64,000 nucleotides of DNA, from NCBI GenBank assembly GCA_900128565.1, contig LT635915.1, positions 1-64,000 of the forward strand, written 5' to 3'. Of this stretch, positions 41,409-52,124 are shown piece after piece. Position 1 is the first letter of the stretch. Every line of letters starts with the position of its first letter. Origin of the DNA: Stramenopiles sp. TOSAG23-6 (taxonomy: Eukaryota). The position numbers and the translations under genes are program-made. Below the pieces are notes generated by a model, which did not search any database, was not told the origin of the DNA, and was given only the letters and a program-made list of their open reading frames with translations.

Positions 41409-41517
41409 GCGTAAAATTTATAGTATTGTAAGAAGGCGTATGAAAAAATTATATAAGAAGTGGCCGAAACTTGAAATATTTGGGAAATAGTTTACAGCCA
41501 TGGTTTTTATAACAAAA

Positions 41518-42930
41518 TTAAAAAATATCAAAATATGTATCTTCGCAAAATGCAACTTCAAACATACTATTAAAATCTTCACAATAACGAATTTCCAACT
41601 TATCTAAAAATTCTATACAAGCTTTAACTGTTTCATAGTCTTGATGGGAAATACTTTTTCCTATCGATCTTTTTCTCATTCTTTCTAACGTATTGTTCAC
41701 ATCTTCTTCATTTGCTTTTGGTAGTATCAAACATTGTGTATTAGAATAAACAGTTGCTAATAAACATTGCTCAACAAGTCCTGCATCCGCCGGAATTATA
41801 TCCACATCGCTACTAATAGAACCTAATATACCAACATCTGGTCTAAGACCTCTTCCTAATGCTTTTGAAACAAAACTAAGAGCCATTGCACATGAACTTC
41901 CATTTTCTACAGCAGTATTACCACTTAATGTTATACAAAAATTGTTCTCCTGGAGCGATTTGACATTAGATAAGTACGCACGCATGAATTTCTGTGATGC
42001 GGCTAAAGCATTTTCAGCTTCCCTTTGTACTGATAGATTATCATTTGCACAGCTATCCAACGTGTTCCATTTGTTTTCTCTATATCTAATTTGTATTTTA
42101 CCATCGTTTTGTATTTCCTTTCCAAAATCTACTATTGAAACATCCATAAAAAGGGGTCCATGTTGGTCCATTGACGTAGCGGAGAGACTCATACAGTGAC
42201 CAGGTGGAGGTATTTCAAACCTCATGGGCGGCGATAAGGCTAATATATTGTATGTAGAATTCACTGTATCAACCGAACTACTGACTAAATCACTGTTATC
42301 AATTTCTATAACTTTGTTTATATCACTAGATAAGTATGGCACTCCAAGTTGGATGAAACCCGCAGGTTCCAGGACACTTTTTACAAATTGTTTTGTCTTA
42401 TTTCCAAACTTGATACTATCATCACCATCACCACGCGGTAGAGCTAACAATACAATACCACGTTTAATTGCTGTTAACTGTGAAAGTCTCTTTAAAATAC
42501 GGCAAGTATTCTGTAAAGATGTGGCAGTCAGTGCTCGTGGTAAAACTCTCAATGCTACGTCAAAAGCCTCACCATGAGGTGAATATTTTCCAGAAAAGGA
42601 TATGGAGCTAGACTTTTGAAGTACAGAAGGACGCGGGTCTTTTTCTCCCATAATACGATAACTAATTTTGCTAGAGTCAAAATAAGAGGATATACGTCGC
42701 AATCGCCACGATAACTTCATACGATTCAACATTGATGTTTCACAAGCGGTAACTTCGCCAAACAAAGAACCAATTTGGAGGGTATTTTCCCCAGTTCCTG
42801 CATCGACATGTACAAGAGACATTGATTTTAATAAAGAAACAACTTTCGAAGCGTCAGTCTCATTTCGAGTCGAAATTGCCTTGCGAAGAAATGCAAGCCA
42901 CTGAGGCGTTTTCATTACCGGAAGCGACAT
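41518..42930 (-). CDS. Stand-alone Lon protease C-terminal (S16)-like domain protein, likely inactive
   Basis: PPPGHCMSLSAT (cf. TPPGVVMGLAWT), ENGSSCA (cf. DGPSAG), LGRGLRPDVGILGSI, GLVEQCLLA (cf. GIKEKxxAA), LILPKANEEDV. No AAA+ Walker motifs. Confidence 0.72.
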   Translation of the reverse strand: MSLPVMKTPQWLAFLRKAISTRNETDASKVVSLLKSMSLVHVDAGTGENTLQIGSLFGEVTACETSMLNRMKLSWRLRRISSYFDSSKISYRIMGEKDPRPSVLQKSSSISFSGKYSPHGEAFDVALRVLPRALTATSLQNTCRILKRLSQLTAIKRGIVLLALPRGDGDDSIKFGNKTKQFVKSVLEPAGFIQLGVPYLSSDINKVIEIDNSDLVSSSVDTVNSTYNILALSPPMRFEIPPPGHCMSLSATSMDQHGPLFMDVSIVDFGKEIQNDGKIQIRYRENKWNTLDSCANDNLSVQREAENALAASQKFMRAYLSNVKSLQENNFCITLSGNTAVENGSSCAMALSFVSKALGRGLRPDVGILGSISSDVDIIPADAGLVEQCLLATVYSNTQCLILPKANEEDVNNTLERMRKRSIGKSISHQDYETVKACIEFLDKLEIRYCEDFNSMFEVAFCEDTYFDIF

Positions 42931-43248
42931 TTAGTTTTTAGACTCTCCAATACAGTCGAAAGGATTCAATAAAAGCTCTGTCAATACTGATGTTGACGAA
43001 ATATGTAGAAATAATCTAATTAAATTGTAGCTGAATTATTGTATTAGTAGTCCTAATGGCGCAAGGTTTACTATGACGACAGAGACAGTGTGTGTACGCA
43101 GAAACTTTTTGACCACATTCGACACGAAAATCCAAAGACATCAAGAAATTCAAACATCAATCTTTCTAATCAAAACTAAAAAAAATACGAGTTTGGAAAC
43201 TTTGGAACTTGGAACGAAGAGTCTCGAAGAATCGCACGTGTCTAAACT

Positions 43249-45636
43249 ATGGTTTATCAGGATGCAGTTGTTGCAGCATCTGCTTCTGTATATGATGCTG
43301 CGGTGCTGATGAAGAATCATCGTGCTAGTGCTGTCGTTGTTTTGGATTCTAATCAAAAAGTTGCTGGCATCATCAGTGAAAAGGACCTCTGTCGCTTTGT
43401 GGTTGCTCACAACGGGACTGTAAATGGTGATACCGTAGAAATGTCTAGTGGCCAAGCAGCGCACAAAGTCAAGGTTTCCAAAGTTATGACACGCCGTCCT
43501 ACATGTGCAGTGATTTCTGGTGATGAATCAAAAAAGGCTGCTGAGTTTCGCGAGATAATGGAGACAATGCAGAGACGCCATTTTCGTCACATGCCAGTTA
43601 CCGACTCCCAGGGTCGTTTCCTGGAGTTGCTAGATGTACTTTCCGTGACTAAGCAACTGGCAATTTTAGAGCAGGAACATTTCAATGATTCCGAAGAATC
43701 AGAAAGTTCAGAAAAGCCTCTGAAGAGTAAATCTTGGCTTAAGTCGCTTGTCCGCCATTTGACCAGAACAACAAAAAGTGATGGTCAAACAGGAAAGACT
43801 CAAGATTTGAATAATGACGGAATGTCTCAAGTATCATGTGCTCTTGTTTCATCATTACTACTTGAGTCAATTAGTCTTGATAATGATGATGATACTCCTC
43901 AGCTTATGCAAAAAGGGAATCATGGACGCAGATTACACTGTCAGCTACCACCAACAGCGACAGTGACTGACGCATTGAATATGATGCTTGATCAAAGAAC
44001 TAGTGCGGTACTTGTTGAAGCGGTGGACAAATCAGAGGACGAAAATAAATTGGTTGGTATTTTCACCGAGAGAGATTTAGTAAGTCGTGTTCTTTCTGAA
44101 GGATGTAACCCACATACTACTCAACTAGGTCTTGGTGGGACACGTGGCACCGGTGTTATGACTGCGAAACCATTCACAGTAAATACATACAGTTCAGTAG
44201 AGAGTGCACTACAATTGTTAATATCGAAACAATTTCGTCATTTACCTGTTGTAAATAAACGTGGTTGTGTCGTAGGACTTTTAGATATTCTCCAAATTAC
44301 AACTCATTTTTTTGATACGAAAACACGTGCAACGAACGAAGAAGAAGACTCGAAAGATAATACATTAGATACCATTGATAATACTAAGAAACAGAAAAAA
44401 CGAAAAACTTGGGGTGCAAAATTACTCGGTAAATTTGCTGCTCGTTTTGGTAGCAAACGTAAAGGTGAAGAATCGAATAGTCCAGTTCCATTAAAACGGA
44501 GTCGAACTAACGATACTAGTTGTAGAAATAGTAAAGATATTGGAGTATGTGTACAAAATGACTCTTCACCTGATATTACTACATTAAATGATGATACTAC
44601 ATTAAATGATGACACTACATTAAATGATGATGGTAATATGGATGCGTCAAAAGGTGTGTCAGCTACAAGAGACTCAAAAGAGTCACCTGCTTGGATGGTT
44701 GCAGCTAAACTTGGAGACGGCAGATTGCTTGAAGGTGATTTTGAAGCTGCTGTTAGATGCTATTCGGATGCAATAATCCCATCTGGTATATCAAAGGAGA
44801 ACACAACTCAACCAGTTCCAGTTCCAGTTAAAGCCCGATTACTCATACGCCGTGCGAATGCACTTTTCGGTTTACACAGATNNNNNNNNNNNNNNNCTCA
44901 GCGTGACTATGAGAATGTTCTTGAACTATGTGGTGATGCTGAAGCTGCAACACGTGCAAGAAATGATGCTCTCTGTGGATTAGCTGAAATAATGACATCA
45001 AAAAAAATGTTTGAGGTTGCAGGTCAGAAACTCGCAATGGTCACCAATATTAAGAAACGTGCCGAGACTGCAGCTGTTACACTTCGAGCTGCTGCAGAGA
45101 CTGCAAAGGCGGCAGGTAATGCTGATTACTCCAATGGGCTATTTCCTGTAGCAATGGGTTGCTATACTGTTGCACTGCGGGCTAACGCAGCTCTTCGTGT
45201 CGCGGAAGGCAATGATGGAAAGAAGACACAAAAAGAATCTTTAGCGTTACAAGCGTTTGATCATGTTGTGCTCTCGAATCGTGCAGCATGTTACCAACAA
45301 ATGGGTGATCATCGCATGGCATTGGGAGATTGTAAAGCATCAATTAAAGTAGAACGAAAATATGCCAAGGCATGGCGCCGCTTAGCTGCTTCATATGCAT
45401 CTTTAGGTAATTTTGCAGAAAGTTTGGAGGCTGCGTTAAATGGTCTAAAATCGTGCCCCGGAGATGAACAACTGAATGCTGCTGTGAAAACTGCATCAGA
45501 AAAAATACCTTCTAAACAAGCTAGTTCTAATGTACTGCCATTATCAGAAAGTAAACAAAACCAAAGCAATCATACTGAAAAGCGTGCATCTGTATCAATG
45601 TTGGCAAATCTCATGCGAAAACAACAGGCACAGTAG
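43249..45636 (+). CDS. CBS-domain (two pairs) + TPR protein
   Basis: GIISEKD, VMTRRP..FRHMPV, VGIFTERD, VMTAKP..FRHLPVV; TPRs AKAAGNADY.NG..A..CYT.AL, LSNRAACY.QMG...AL.DC, YAKAWRRLA. N run at 44882-44896. Confidence 0.87.
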   Translation: MVYQDAVVAASASVYDAAVLMKNHRASAVVVLDSNQKVAGIISEKDLCRFVVAHNGTVNGDTVEMSSGQAAHKVKVSKVMTRRPTCAVISGDESKKAAEFREIMETMQRRHFRHMPVTDSQGRFLELLDVLSVTKQLAILEQEHFNDSEESESSEKPLKSKSWLKSLVRHLTRTTKSDGQTGKTQDLNNDGMSQVSCALVSSLLLESISLDNDDDTPQLMQKGNHGRRLHCQLPPTATVTDALNMMLDQRTSAVLVEAVDKSEDENKLVGIFTERDLVSRVLSEGCNPHTTQLGLGGTRGTGVMTAKPFTVNTYSSVESALQLLISKQFRHLPVVNKRGCVVGLLDILQITTHFFDTKTRATNEEEDSKDNTLDTIDNTKKQKKRKTWGAKLLGKFAARFGSKRKGEESNSPVPLKRSRTNDTSCRNSKDIGVCVQNDSSPDITTLNDDTTLNDDTTLNDDGNMDASKGVSATRDSKESPAWMVAAKLGDGRLLEGDFEAAVRCYSDAIIPSGISKENTTQPVPVPVKARLLIRRANALFGLHRXXXXXXQRDYENVLELCGDAEAATRARNDALCGLAEIMTSKKMFEVAGQKLAMVTNIKKRAETAAVTLRAAAETAKAAGNADYSNGLFPVAMGCYTVALRANAALRVAEGNDGKKTQKESLALQAFDHVVLSNRAACYQQMGDHRMALGDCKASIKVERKYAKAWRRLAASYASLGNFAESLEAALNGLKSCPGDEQLNAAVKTASEKIPSKQASSNVLPLSESKQNQSNHTEKRASVSMLANLMRKQQAQ

Positions 45637-45722
45637 TGAAGGTTTTGTACTAATAACAGTAGTAAGCAATACATCAATGCTTTTTGAAATTTCAATAAAG
45701 TATTGTTGAGTAGGAAGGAAAT

Positions 45723-46538
45723 TTATTTAGTTTTGAAATGATTCGAATGTTTCTTTTTGTTTTTTAATCTTTTGCTTCTAGAAAGTTCCGGAACTGCCAC
45801 ACCTTGTTTACTAGAATTTGAAGCCGCACCTGTTCCATGCCGTTCAAATCCTTTAGCTACACCCGTAGCTGGTGTAGAGGATTTGACACTATCTGTATTA
45901 GAAAGTGATGAAGAAGGCAACATTGCGTTGAATGTATCCAATGAATAACCTGATAAAAATTCCCCCTTAGTTTTATCTAAGAGTAAATTTGACTTATGTG
46001 TAAAAACTTTTAAAGGTTGAAAACGGTCTCGACCTTCTTGTGTTGTAGACCTGGGTGGAATCACACGAACAATATTATGTAGTGCAACCTCAAATGGCTC
46101 GCCAATTCCATACATTGAATGTGGTGTTATAGAAAGTCGTTGTGGTAATTTTTGCTTCGTGCAAATTGGAAGCAAGTGTATTTCGTGAATAACATGTTTT
46201 GCGAACCATGGGACCGCCAACACAACTGCTGTTGATGCTATCGCTGTAACACATGTCATTGCCATGCCATAACTCTCTAAACCTCCAGGTATATTCATCG
46301 CAAGCACTGCAGAGTTGGTAGTAAAAGCCCATTGTGCAGCCATACACATTGACGAAATACGAAAAGCCCATTTATGGTTACAGTGATAAATAAAAACACG
46401 ATTATCACCAACTTGATGCCTAGTATCACCTACTTGTTCCAGCGAAGCCGCGGTAGTTCGAAAGCTCACCTTGGGGGTAAAACCGAAGAGCAACCCCCTT
46501 ATTGATGGCAAAGAACGTGAATACAACTTGCGCAACAT
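45723..46538 (-). CDS. TMEM70/TMEM186/TMEM223-family mitochondrial membrane protein
   Basis: Arg-rich presequence, two TM segments, then VIHEIHL...LSITP...F.V...F.PLKV...LLLD..GEF. Confidence 0.6.
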   Translation of the reverse strand: MLRKLYSRSLPSIRGLLFGFTPKVSFRTTAASLEQVGDTRHQVGDNRVFIYHCNHKWAFRISSMCMAAQWAFTTNSAVLAMNIPGGLESYGMAMTCVTAIASTAVVLAVPWFAKHVIHEIHLLPICTKQKLPQRLSITPHSMYGIGEPFEVALHNIVRVIPPRSTTQEGRDRFQPLKVFTHKSNLLLDKTKGEFLSGYSLDTFNAMLPSSSLSNTDSVKSSTPATGVAKGFERHGTGAASNSSKQGVAVPELSRSKRLKNKKKHSNHFKTK

Positions 46539-46768
46539 TAAGAAACTGCAGTAGTTGTGATAAGTGGTATAGTAGTAGTAGTACTACACCTTACCTGCTG
46601 TTGAGGAGGATAGAACCGGACAAGAAATGTTGACATGGCCAATGCGCGCCACGTGGCATTTTTAGCTATATTTTTTTCAAGCAATATTGCTCCTGTGTCG
46701 TGTGTGATGATTGAGATTACCTTTTTAAACGATAATATCTACCATCAAACCGCTGTGGTATTCTCAAA

Positions 46769-49060
46769 ATGGCAACATCATCGTTTCCAGCTCACCGTAG
46801 TTGCTTACATATATATGTTGTTTTGCTATTACTTTATTTTCCGAGTTTTACTGCGACATATATTGAACTGACAAAAGATTGCCAAGGAAACGACTTGAAG
46901 TTTATTGTTGATCCCAGTATACCTATCGAGGAAATAGAAAAAAACAGTATCACAGGATTATTTTCAAACAATCAAACTGAGTTCATCTGTAACTCTGAGT
47001 GTGACCATGATTTTCGCTGCGCTGGTTTTACGGTCAATTTCAATAGAAAAAAGAAGAATGATTGGATTTGCATCCTGAAGTCGAAAACATGTAACAATCA
47101 CAAAGGAGAGTGTGTAGAAGATACGTGTTTCTTTCACCGAGACTCATGTATTGGCTGGGATGTGCTACTTAATGAAGCAAATCCCAATAGAAGTAAAGTT
47201 TTAAGAATTCAGCAGCTCTTCCATAGAGTTATTCAGAACTTAAGACGTTGCTCTTTCGAGAAACCCAGTGACTGGAGGTCACAATACAACTTTGGTGCAG
47301 TCTTGTTTAACGCCATGGAAAAGGGATATGCTTCACCGGCATTTAGTCAATATGAATATACAATAGAAAATGTCGCTATATTGTTTAAACGTGCAGCTAC
47401 ATTACAACCAGGAGATCCATTTATTCTTTATCCTTTCACAAAGGTTGCAATTATGGTTGGCATAGAAGCAAGTGTTGAGGCTTGGAATTTGGTAACCCCA
47501 GTATTTTTAGCTGCATTTCCACACACAGATAATAAGTGCACACCTGAAACTCCAACTAATTCTAACAATGGGATCTGCGAGCCTTCAACGCAAATTGCAA
47601 TTAACAAAGATACGAATGATCAGTTAATCATTCTTGCCCTTGCTTGGGCAAAGCTTGTCATAAAACTTCGCAAAATAGACATAAAGGATTTGAATAATAT
47701 ACTAACAGTAAAGTCTCCCGTAGACTATATTATAACAGCTAAAACAATTCTTCTTGATATCATTCGACTCTATCATATTGGTAAACTCGATAACCACGGT
47801 GAGACTATAACTGATGCATTCACAACTCTTACAAAGATATCATCTAAAGATTCTAACCCATCCAGGGAGAAGCTTTACCATGATTTCACAAAATTACGAC
47901 GTAAAGAACTTCGAATTGGTTCTGATGCTCACAAAACACAAAAATATTCTAAATATGCTTTGACCGAAGCTTCATTTCTTAATGTAACAACTCAAATATA
48001 TACTTCAGATGTCTTCCGTGAATTAATGTATCATAGACGTATACACGTTCAGCGTGAATTAAAGAAACGCCAGAATACTGGTGATACTAATGTACCTACC
48101 GTACCATATTTGGTCTTTATTGTTGGATTTTCGAGATCAGGGACATCAATGCTTGAAGCGATGCTTTCTACCATTCCACAAGTTCTTGCTCGAGGTGAAA
48201 TTCCTTCATTAGATACAATTGCTCCTTCTCTCAGTACATATTTTCAAACTAATGATAAAAAGCATTTTCCTCCTCTCGCAATACAGCAAATATTGGGACG
48301 CGGGCCAGATGTAAACACAACCGATGCTGATAGCATTGCTTCAATGAGGGCGCAAGGTAATGCAGTACTTGATGCGAAAGCAGCCGAATTTAGAGATATG
48401 TTACTGCGACCACCATATAATGCAAATCTTCATACACATATTACAAACAAATTTCCGGAGCATGCATGGAAATTGGCTGTTTTAAGACTTCTTTATCCTT
48501 ATAGTATTATGGATGATGATAGTGCATCGATACTTAAGAATACGACACGTTTGTCGTTTCTCCAAATGATACGAAATCCACTTGATGTGGCTGTATCTAA
48601 TTATGAAGCTCCTTACTCAGAAAATAACATGGGTTGGACATGGCAGTTTCAAGATATTGCATTAGTTTTATCTCACCACCGAAAATTAATGCTTCATTGG
48701 AGAGCAATTGGAATCGTAACAACAGATATTAGATACGAAGATGTTGTCTTTCACCCTCGTACAGTCATGAAACGTATTTTAAAAGCAATACGACTACCCT
48801 CGGATGAAACTAGTATCGCTGAATGTTTAAATTTCCACTTGTCTAAACGAGTGACACAAACACAAAGTAATCAACAAGTACAACAACCTTTATACTCATC
48901 ATCTGTAGGGCGTTGGAAACATTATACAACTGAAGGAATATTACCGCTAATAAATACTCTCTCGGATGTGATACAAAAAAAAGGAAATATTACAAAGAAT
49001 TCAAGTCAAAATTCCTATGATACTTTTGACTGGTGGCTTCGTCCTGAAGATAGTAATTGA
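46769..49060 (+). CDS. Signal/anchor + PAN/Apple domain + helical region + PAPS-dependent sulfotransferase
   Basis: CQGNDL...C...C..D.RCAGFT...CILKS (PAN); FIVGFSRSGTSMLE (5'-PSB loop), NKFP, RNPLDVAVSNY, RYEDVV..P, T.S.QQV.QPLY.SSVGRWKHY. Confidence 0.85.
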   Translation: MATSSFPAHRSCLHIYVVLLLLYFPSFTATYIELTKDCQGNDLKFIVDPSIPIEEIEKNSITGLFSNNQTEFICNSECDHDFRCAGFTVNFNRKKKNDWICILKSKTCNNHKGECVEDTCFFHRDSCIGWDVLLNEANPNRSKVLRIQQLFHRVIQNLRRCSFEKPSDWRSQYNFGAVLFNAMEKGYASPAFSQYEYTIENVAILFKRAATLQPGDPFILYPFTKVAIMVGIEASVEAWNLVTPVFLAAFPHTDNKCTPETPTNSNNGICEPSTQIAINKDTNDQLIILALAWAKLVIKLRKIDIKDLNNILTVKSPVDYIITAKTILLDIIRLYHIGKLDNHGETITDAFTTLTKISSKDSNPSREKLYHDFTKLRRKELRIGSDAHKTQKYSKYALTEASFLNVTTQIYTSDVFRELMYHRRIHVQRELKKRQNTGDTNVPTVPYLVFIVGFSRSGTSMLEAMLSTIPQVLARGEIPSLDTIAPSLSTYFQTNDKKHFPPLAIQQILGRGPDVNTTDADSIASMRAQGNAVLDAKAAEFRDMLLRPPYNANLHTHITNKFPEHAWKLAVLRLLYPYSIMDDDSASILKNTTRLSFLQMIRNPLDVAVSNYEAPYSENNMGWTWQFQDIALVLSHHRKLMLHWRAIGIVTTDIRYEDVVFHPRTVMKRILKAIRLPSDETSIAECLNFHLSKRVTQTQSNQQVQQPLYSSSVGRWKHYTTEGILPLINTLSDVIQKKGNITKNSSQNSYDTFDWWLRPEDSN

Positions 49061-49128
49061 CTTCAAATCAACAATACCAGATGTACCAATAAAAGTAAAA
49101 TAAAATATAATCATTCTGACTTTATAAT

Positions 49129-49971
49129 TTATGGTGCTGCAGTTGCAGATTTGAAAAATGTGTATGATAATGTAATACTCTGTACATCTTCCATTTCTGG
49201 GTCATCTAAAAATGCCGGATCTACAAAGAAAAATACTGGCATATCTACTTCTTCATTTCCCTTCAGCCTTTGCTCATCGAAACAAAAACATTGAACTTTG
49301 TTAAAGTATACACCAGCTTTCATTGGAAGTACGTTATACGTCGCTACACCTATAATTGGTTCGGGTGAACTATTTGATGCCGTATAAAAAGCTAAAGCTG
49401 TTTCTCCAGGTACAACCTTCACTGATTTTTGTTGAGCCGTAAAAGACCAAGGTAACGAACTCGACACAGAGGAAGTAAAATTAATAGTAAGAGGTCTTGA
49501 ATCAACAACAGGTGTCATCTTAGCTATTTGGTCTGCTGTTGCTACCCGTGTGGTTCCACCATATCCAGTCGCCTGGCAAAATACTTTATATAGTGGAACA
49601 GCTGCATATGCTAAACCAAATACACTAATTGCGGTCGCAAATAAATACAAAGCGGTATTTTTACCACGCTCATTCTGCTGTTTTCGATAAATATTTTGAG
49701 AAAAGCTCCTACTAAACGAATGCATGTATGGTATAGTGTAGATAATGCTATTAGTGTAACCAATACGTGCACGAAAAGGTACATAATCAGTACGTGGAAC
49801 ACAATATGTTCTTAAAGTGAAGTCTCGACTAGATCTAACGTAACCTTTTGAAAGCAACTTCAAAGATGAAAAATCAAACTTGCCATGGCTTCTAATTGAT
49901 GCAGAATACAAAATATTCGAGGAGGCATGTATATTCATCAAAGAACGTCGGGAAAACATGGGGAAGAGCAT
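49129..49971 (-). CDS. COX11: Cytochrome c oxidase copper chaperone COX11
   Basis: YAAVPLYKVFCQATGYGGT, V.PGETALAFY, YFNKVQCFCFDEQRL, VDMPVFFFVDP, ITLSYTFF; long presequence. Confidence 0.97.
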   Translation of the reverse strand: MLFPMFSRRSLMNIHASSNILYSASIRSHGKFDFSSLKLLSKGYVRSSRDFTLRTYCVPRTDYVPFRARIGYTNSIIYTIPYMHSFSRSFSQNIYRKQQNERGKNTALYLFATAISVFGLAYAAVPLYKVFCQATGYGGTTRVATADQIAKMTPVVDSRPLTINFTSSVSSSLPWSFTAQQKSVKVVPGETALAFYTASNSSPEPIIGVATYNVLPMKAGVYFNKVQCFCFDEQRLKGNEEVDMPVFFFVDPAFLDDPEMEDVQSITLSYTFFKSATAAP

Positions 49972-50232
49972 TATAACCTGAAGCTACTTGTAGAACGATT
50001 CAAAGTTGCTCATGCGTTCTGGGCTTGCTGCTTGTTTCTGTTGTGACCGAATCGAAATACAAGTCAAGTCAGATTGTCATTTGAGATTTCTCTACGGTAC
50101 CAGTCAGCTTACCAATTACAGTATTCAATATCCTACAGTCAGCGGTGTGATATAATATAAATTATATTACTTTAGATTTCGTTCACACTCAATGCATTTA
50201 CACATGCATATTTAGAACGCAATAGCGTTACA

Positions 50233-52044
50233 ATGAGTGCAGATTCGGAGTGCAAACTATATAGATATGAAAGCACTAAAGTTCAAGGTAGTATAAAGCA
50301 ACCACTTGAAATCCGGCATTTTTTATCTGCTGCGGTAGAAGAAGCTAAAGGGGCATTATCATTTGATGAGTTAACGAGGACTTTGACGGTATATAATGCC
50401 ACTTTGTCCAAATCAGCTATTTTGCGACTTCGATGTCGCGGTTTTCTTTTATGGTCTCTCGAAAAAGAAGGAAGAGTTATCAGCAAAAAGGCCGCAAAAC
50501 GCTTAGCTAAAGCAGCGAGAAATCGTACACCTGAGGCACGTGCTTTTCGCAAAGAAAAGAGAATGAAATCCAAAGCTATTAAGCGGAGTATATCTAGTGT
50601 AAATAAAACCAATGCGCTTTCTTCATATCGTGATGGCCGAAATGTAAGAAATGTTCAAGCAGATAGATCTGTCAAAGTTATCATTCTTCCCACTTCCGTT
50701 CGCTTTGGTAATATTACTATGCGTCTCCGTGCTGTAGCTCCTTATGTTTATAAATTTGAGTGTGCAGCCAAAGAGCGATGGGTGGGTGAATCATTATTGA
50801 ACATACTTAGACGCGCATTTACGAACGGAGATAATTCTTTACCTCTTGAGTATTATACTGCAGCAATATCCGCCGGTACACTAACTATTGATGATGCCCA
50901 AACGAGTCCTGACACAATCATACATCAAGGTGCAATTTTACGTCATACTCTTATTCGTCGAGAACCTCCTGTGTGGGTAACACAACACTCTGTTGCTCAA
51001 GTTAATGATGTGGATAATTCAAGTGATAGTAAAGGTGGTATAAATAATGTTGATATCTCAAACGAAAACTGTTTTTCTAAATATATACATATTAAGTGGA
51101 TAGGAGACGTTGGTGTTGTAAATAAACCTGCTGGAATGCCAGTTCATCCGTGTGGTCCATATCGTCACAATTCTGTTTTACATTCGCTTGAAACGCAATT
51201 GTCCCAAACAGTGCGAAGTAATTCATCTAGGGAAGATAATTTTCAATACAAGAAATTTAAAAGAGATTTAGATAATGATAGTAAAAATGACGTGAAGTTG
51301 TACCCTGCACATCGTCTTGATAGACTAACTAGTGGTTTGTTACTGATTTGTCGTACAGTCGAAGCAGTGCGTGAATTATCTTCAAAGATTAAATTAGCAA
51401 CTGATTCTACCAACAAAGATGTATCTAATGTATCAAATACTTCAAGGTTTTGTCGCAAACGCTATGTAGCACGTGTCGCAGGATTTTTTCCTGATGGTGT
51501 AGTGAATTGTGATGAACGAATTCATAAACTTGAATCTTCGTCTTCTCGTCGTTGCTGTCATCCTGATGGGCAATATGCTCGCACAAGCTTCAAGCGTATG
51601 CATTATTCTACAAATACAAGTGAAAACCATGATAAAGAACACAAGGATATTGGATATAGTATTGTAGAATGTTTCCCAGAAACTGGGCGTACACATCAAA
51701 TTAGATGTCATTTGAGTCATATTGGTTTTCCTATTGAAAATGATCCTATCTATGCTGATGATGGTAGTAACTCACAGTGGGTTGAACGAAATAGTTCAAA
51801 AATAGAAGACATGAAAGTGGCACTACGACGTTTTAAAAAATGGCAAACGAGTCAACTTGAATTACTAATACGAGAAAATAATCAATGTAATCAAAATGAA
51901 TTGCAGAACTTGAAAAATATTGACTGTGGTCCAAAGTTTTCTCATGAACAGCTGTACTGTACCGGTATCTGGCTTCATGCATTGAGTTATGATATTAATG
52001 GTAGACATTATGAAGTTCCTTTACCCGAATGGGCAATAAAGTAA
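50233..52044 (+). CDS. RluA-family RNA pseudouridine synthase (RPUSD2/PUS9-like)
   Basis: V.PY..KF...AK.RW.G, VNKPAGMPVHPCG.YRHNSV, HRLDRLTSG (catalytic Asp), TGRTHQIR.HL, IWLHA. Confidence 0.92.
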   Translation: MSADSECKLYRYESTKVQGSIKQPLEIRHFLSAAVEEAKGALSFDELTRTLTVYNATLSKSAILRLRCRGFLLWSLEKEGRVISKKAAKRLAKAARNRTPEARAFRKEKRMKSKAIKRSISSVNKTNALSSYRDGRNVRNVQADRSVKVIILPTSVRFGNITMRLRAVAPYVYKFECAAKERWVGESLLNILRRAFTNGDNSLPLEYYTAAISAGTLTIDDAQTSPDTIIHQGAILRHTLIRREPPVWVTQHSVAQVNDVDNSSDSKGGINNVDISNENCFSKYIHIKWIGDVGVVNKPAGMPVHPCGPYRHNSVLHSLETQLSQTVRSNSSREDNFQYKKFKRDLDNDSKNDVKLYPAHRLDRLTSGLLLICRTVEAVRELSSKIKLATDSTNKDVSNVSNTSRFCRKRYVARVAGFFPDGVVNCDERIHKLESSSSRRCCHPDGQYARTSFKRMHYSTNTSENHDKEHKDIGYSIVECFPETGRTHQIRCHLSHIGFPIENDPIYADDGSNSQWVERNSSKIEDMKVALRRFKKWQTSQLELLIRENNQCNQNELQNLKNIDCGPKFSHEQLYCTGIWLHALSYDINGRHYEVPLPEWAIK

Positions 52045-52106
52045 TCAATGATATATAAAAAAAATAATGAAAAGTAATCAATGATATATAAAAAAAATAA
52101 TGAAAA
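52038..52106. repeat. 33-bp tandem duplication spanning the RluA stop codon
   Basis: aaagtaatcaatgatatataaaaaaaataatga at 52038 and again at 52071. Confidence 0.85.
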
Positions 52107-52124
52107 ACTGTATACGGAAATGTA

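Noticed and set aside
43073-43309. Upstream ORF possibly joined to the CBS-TPR gene by a -1 frameshift (..SHVSKL / MVYQD..)
   Set aside because: There is no slippery heptamer at the junction, and ATG 43249 gives a 318-bp divergent spacer typical of this window. A 1-bp assembly error cannot be fully excluded.
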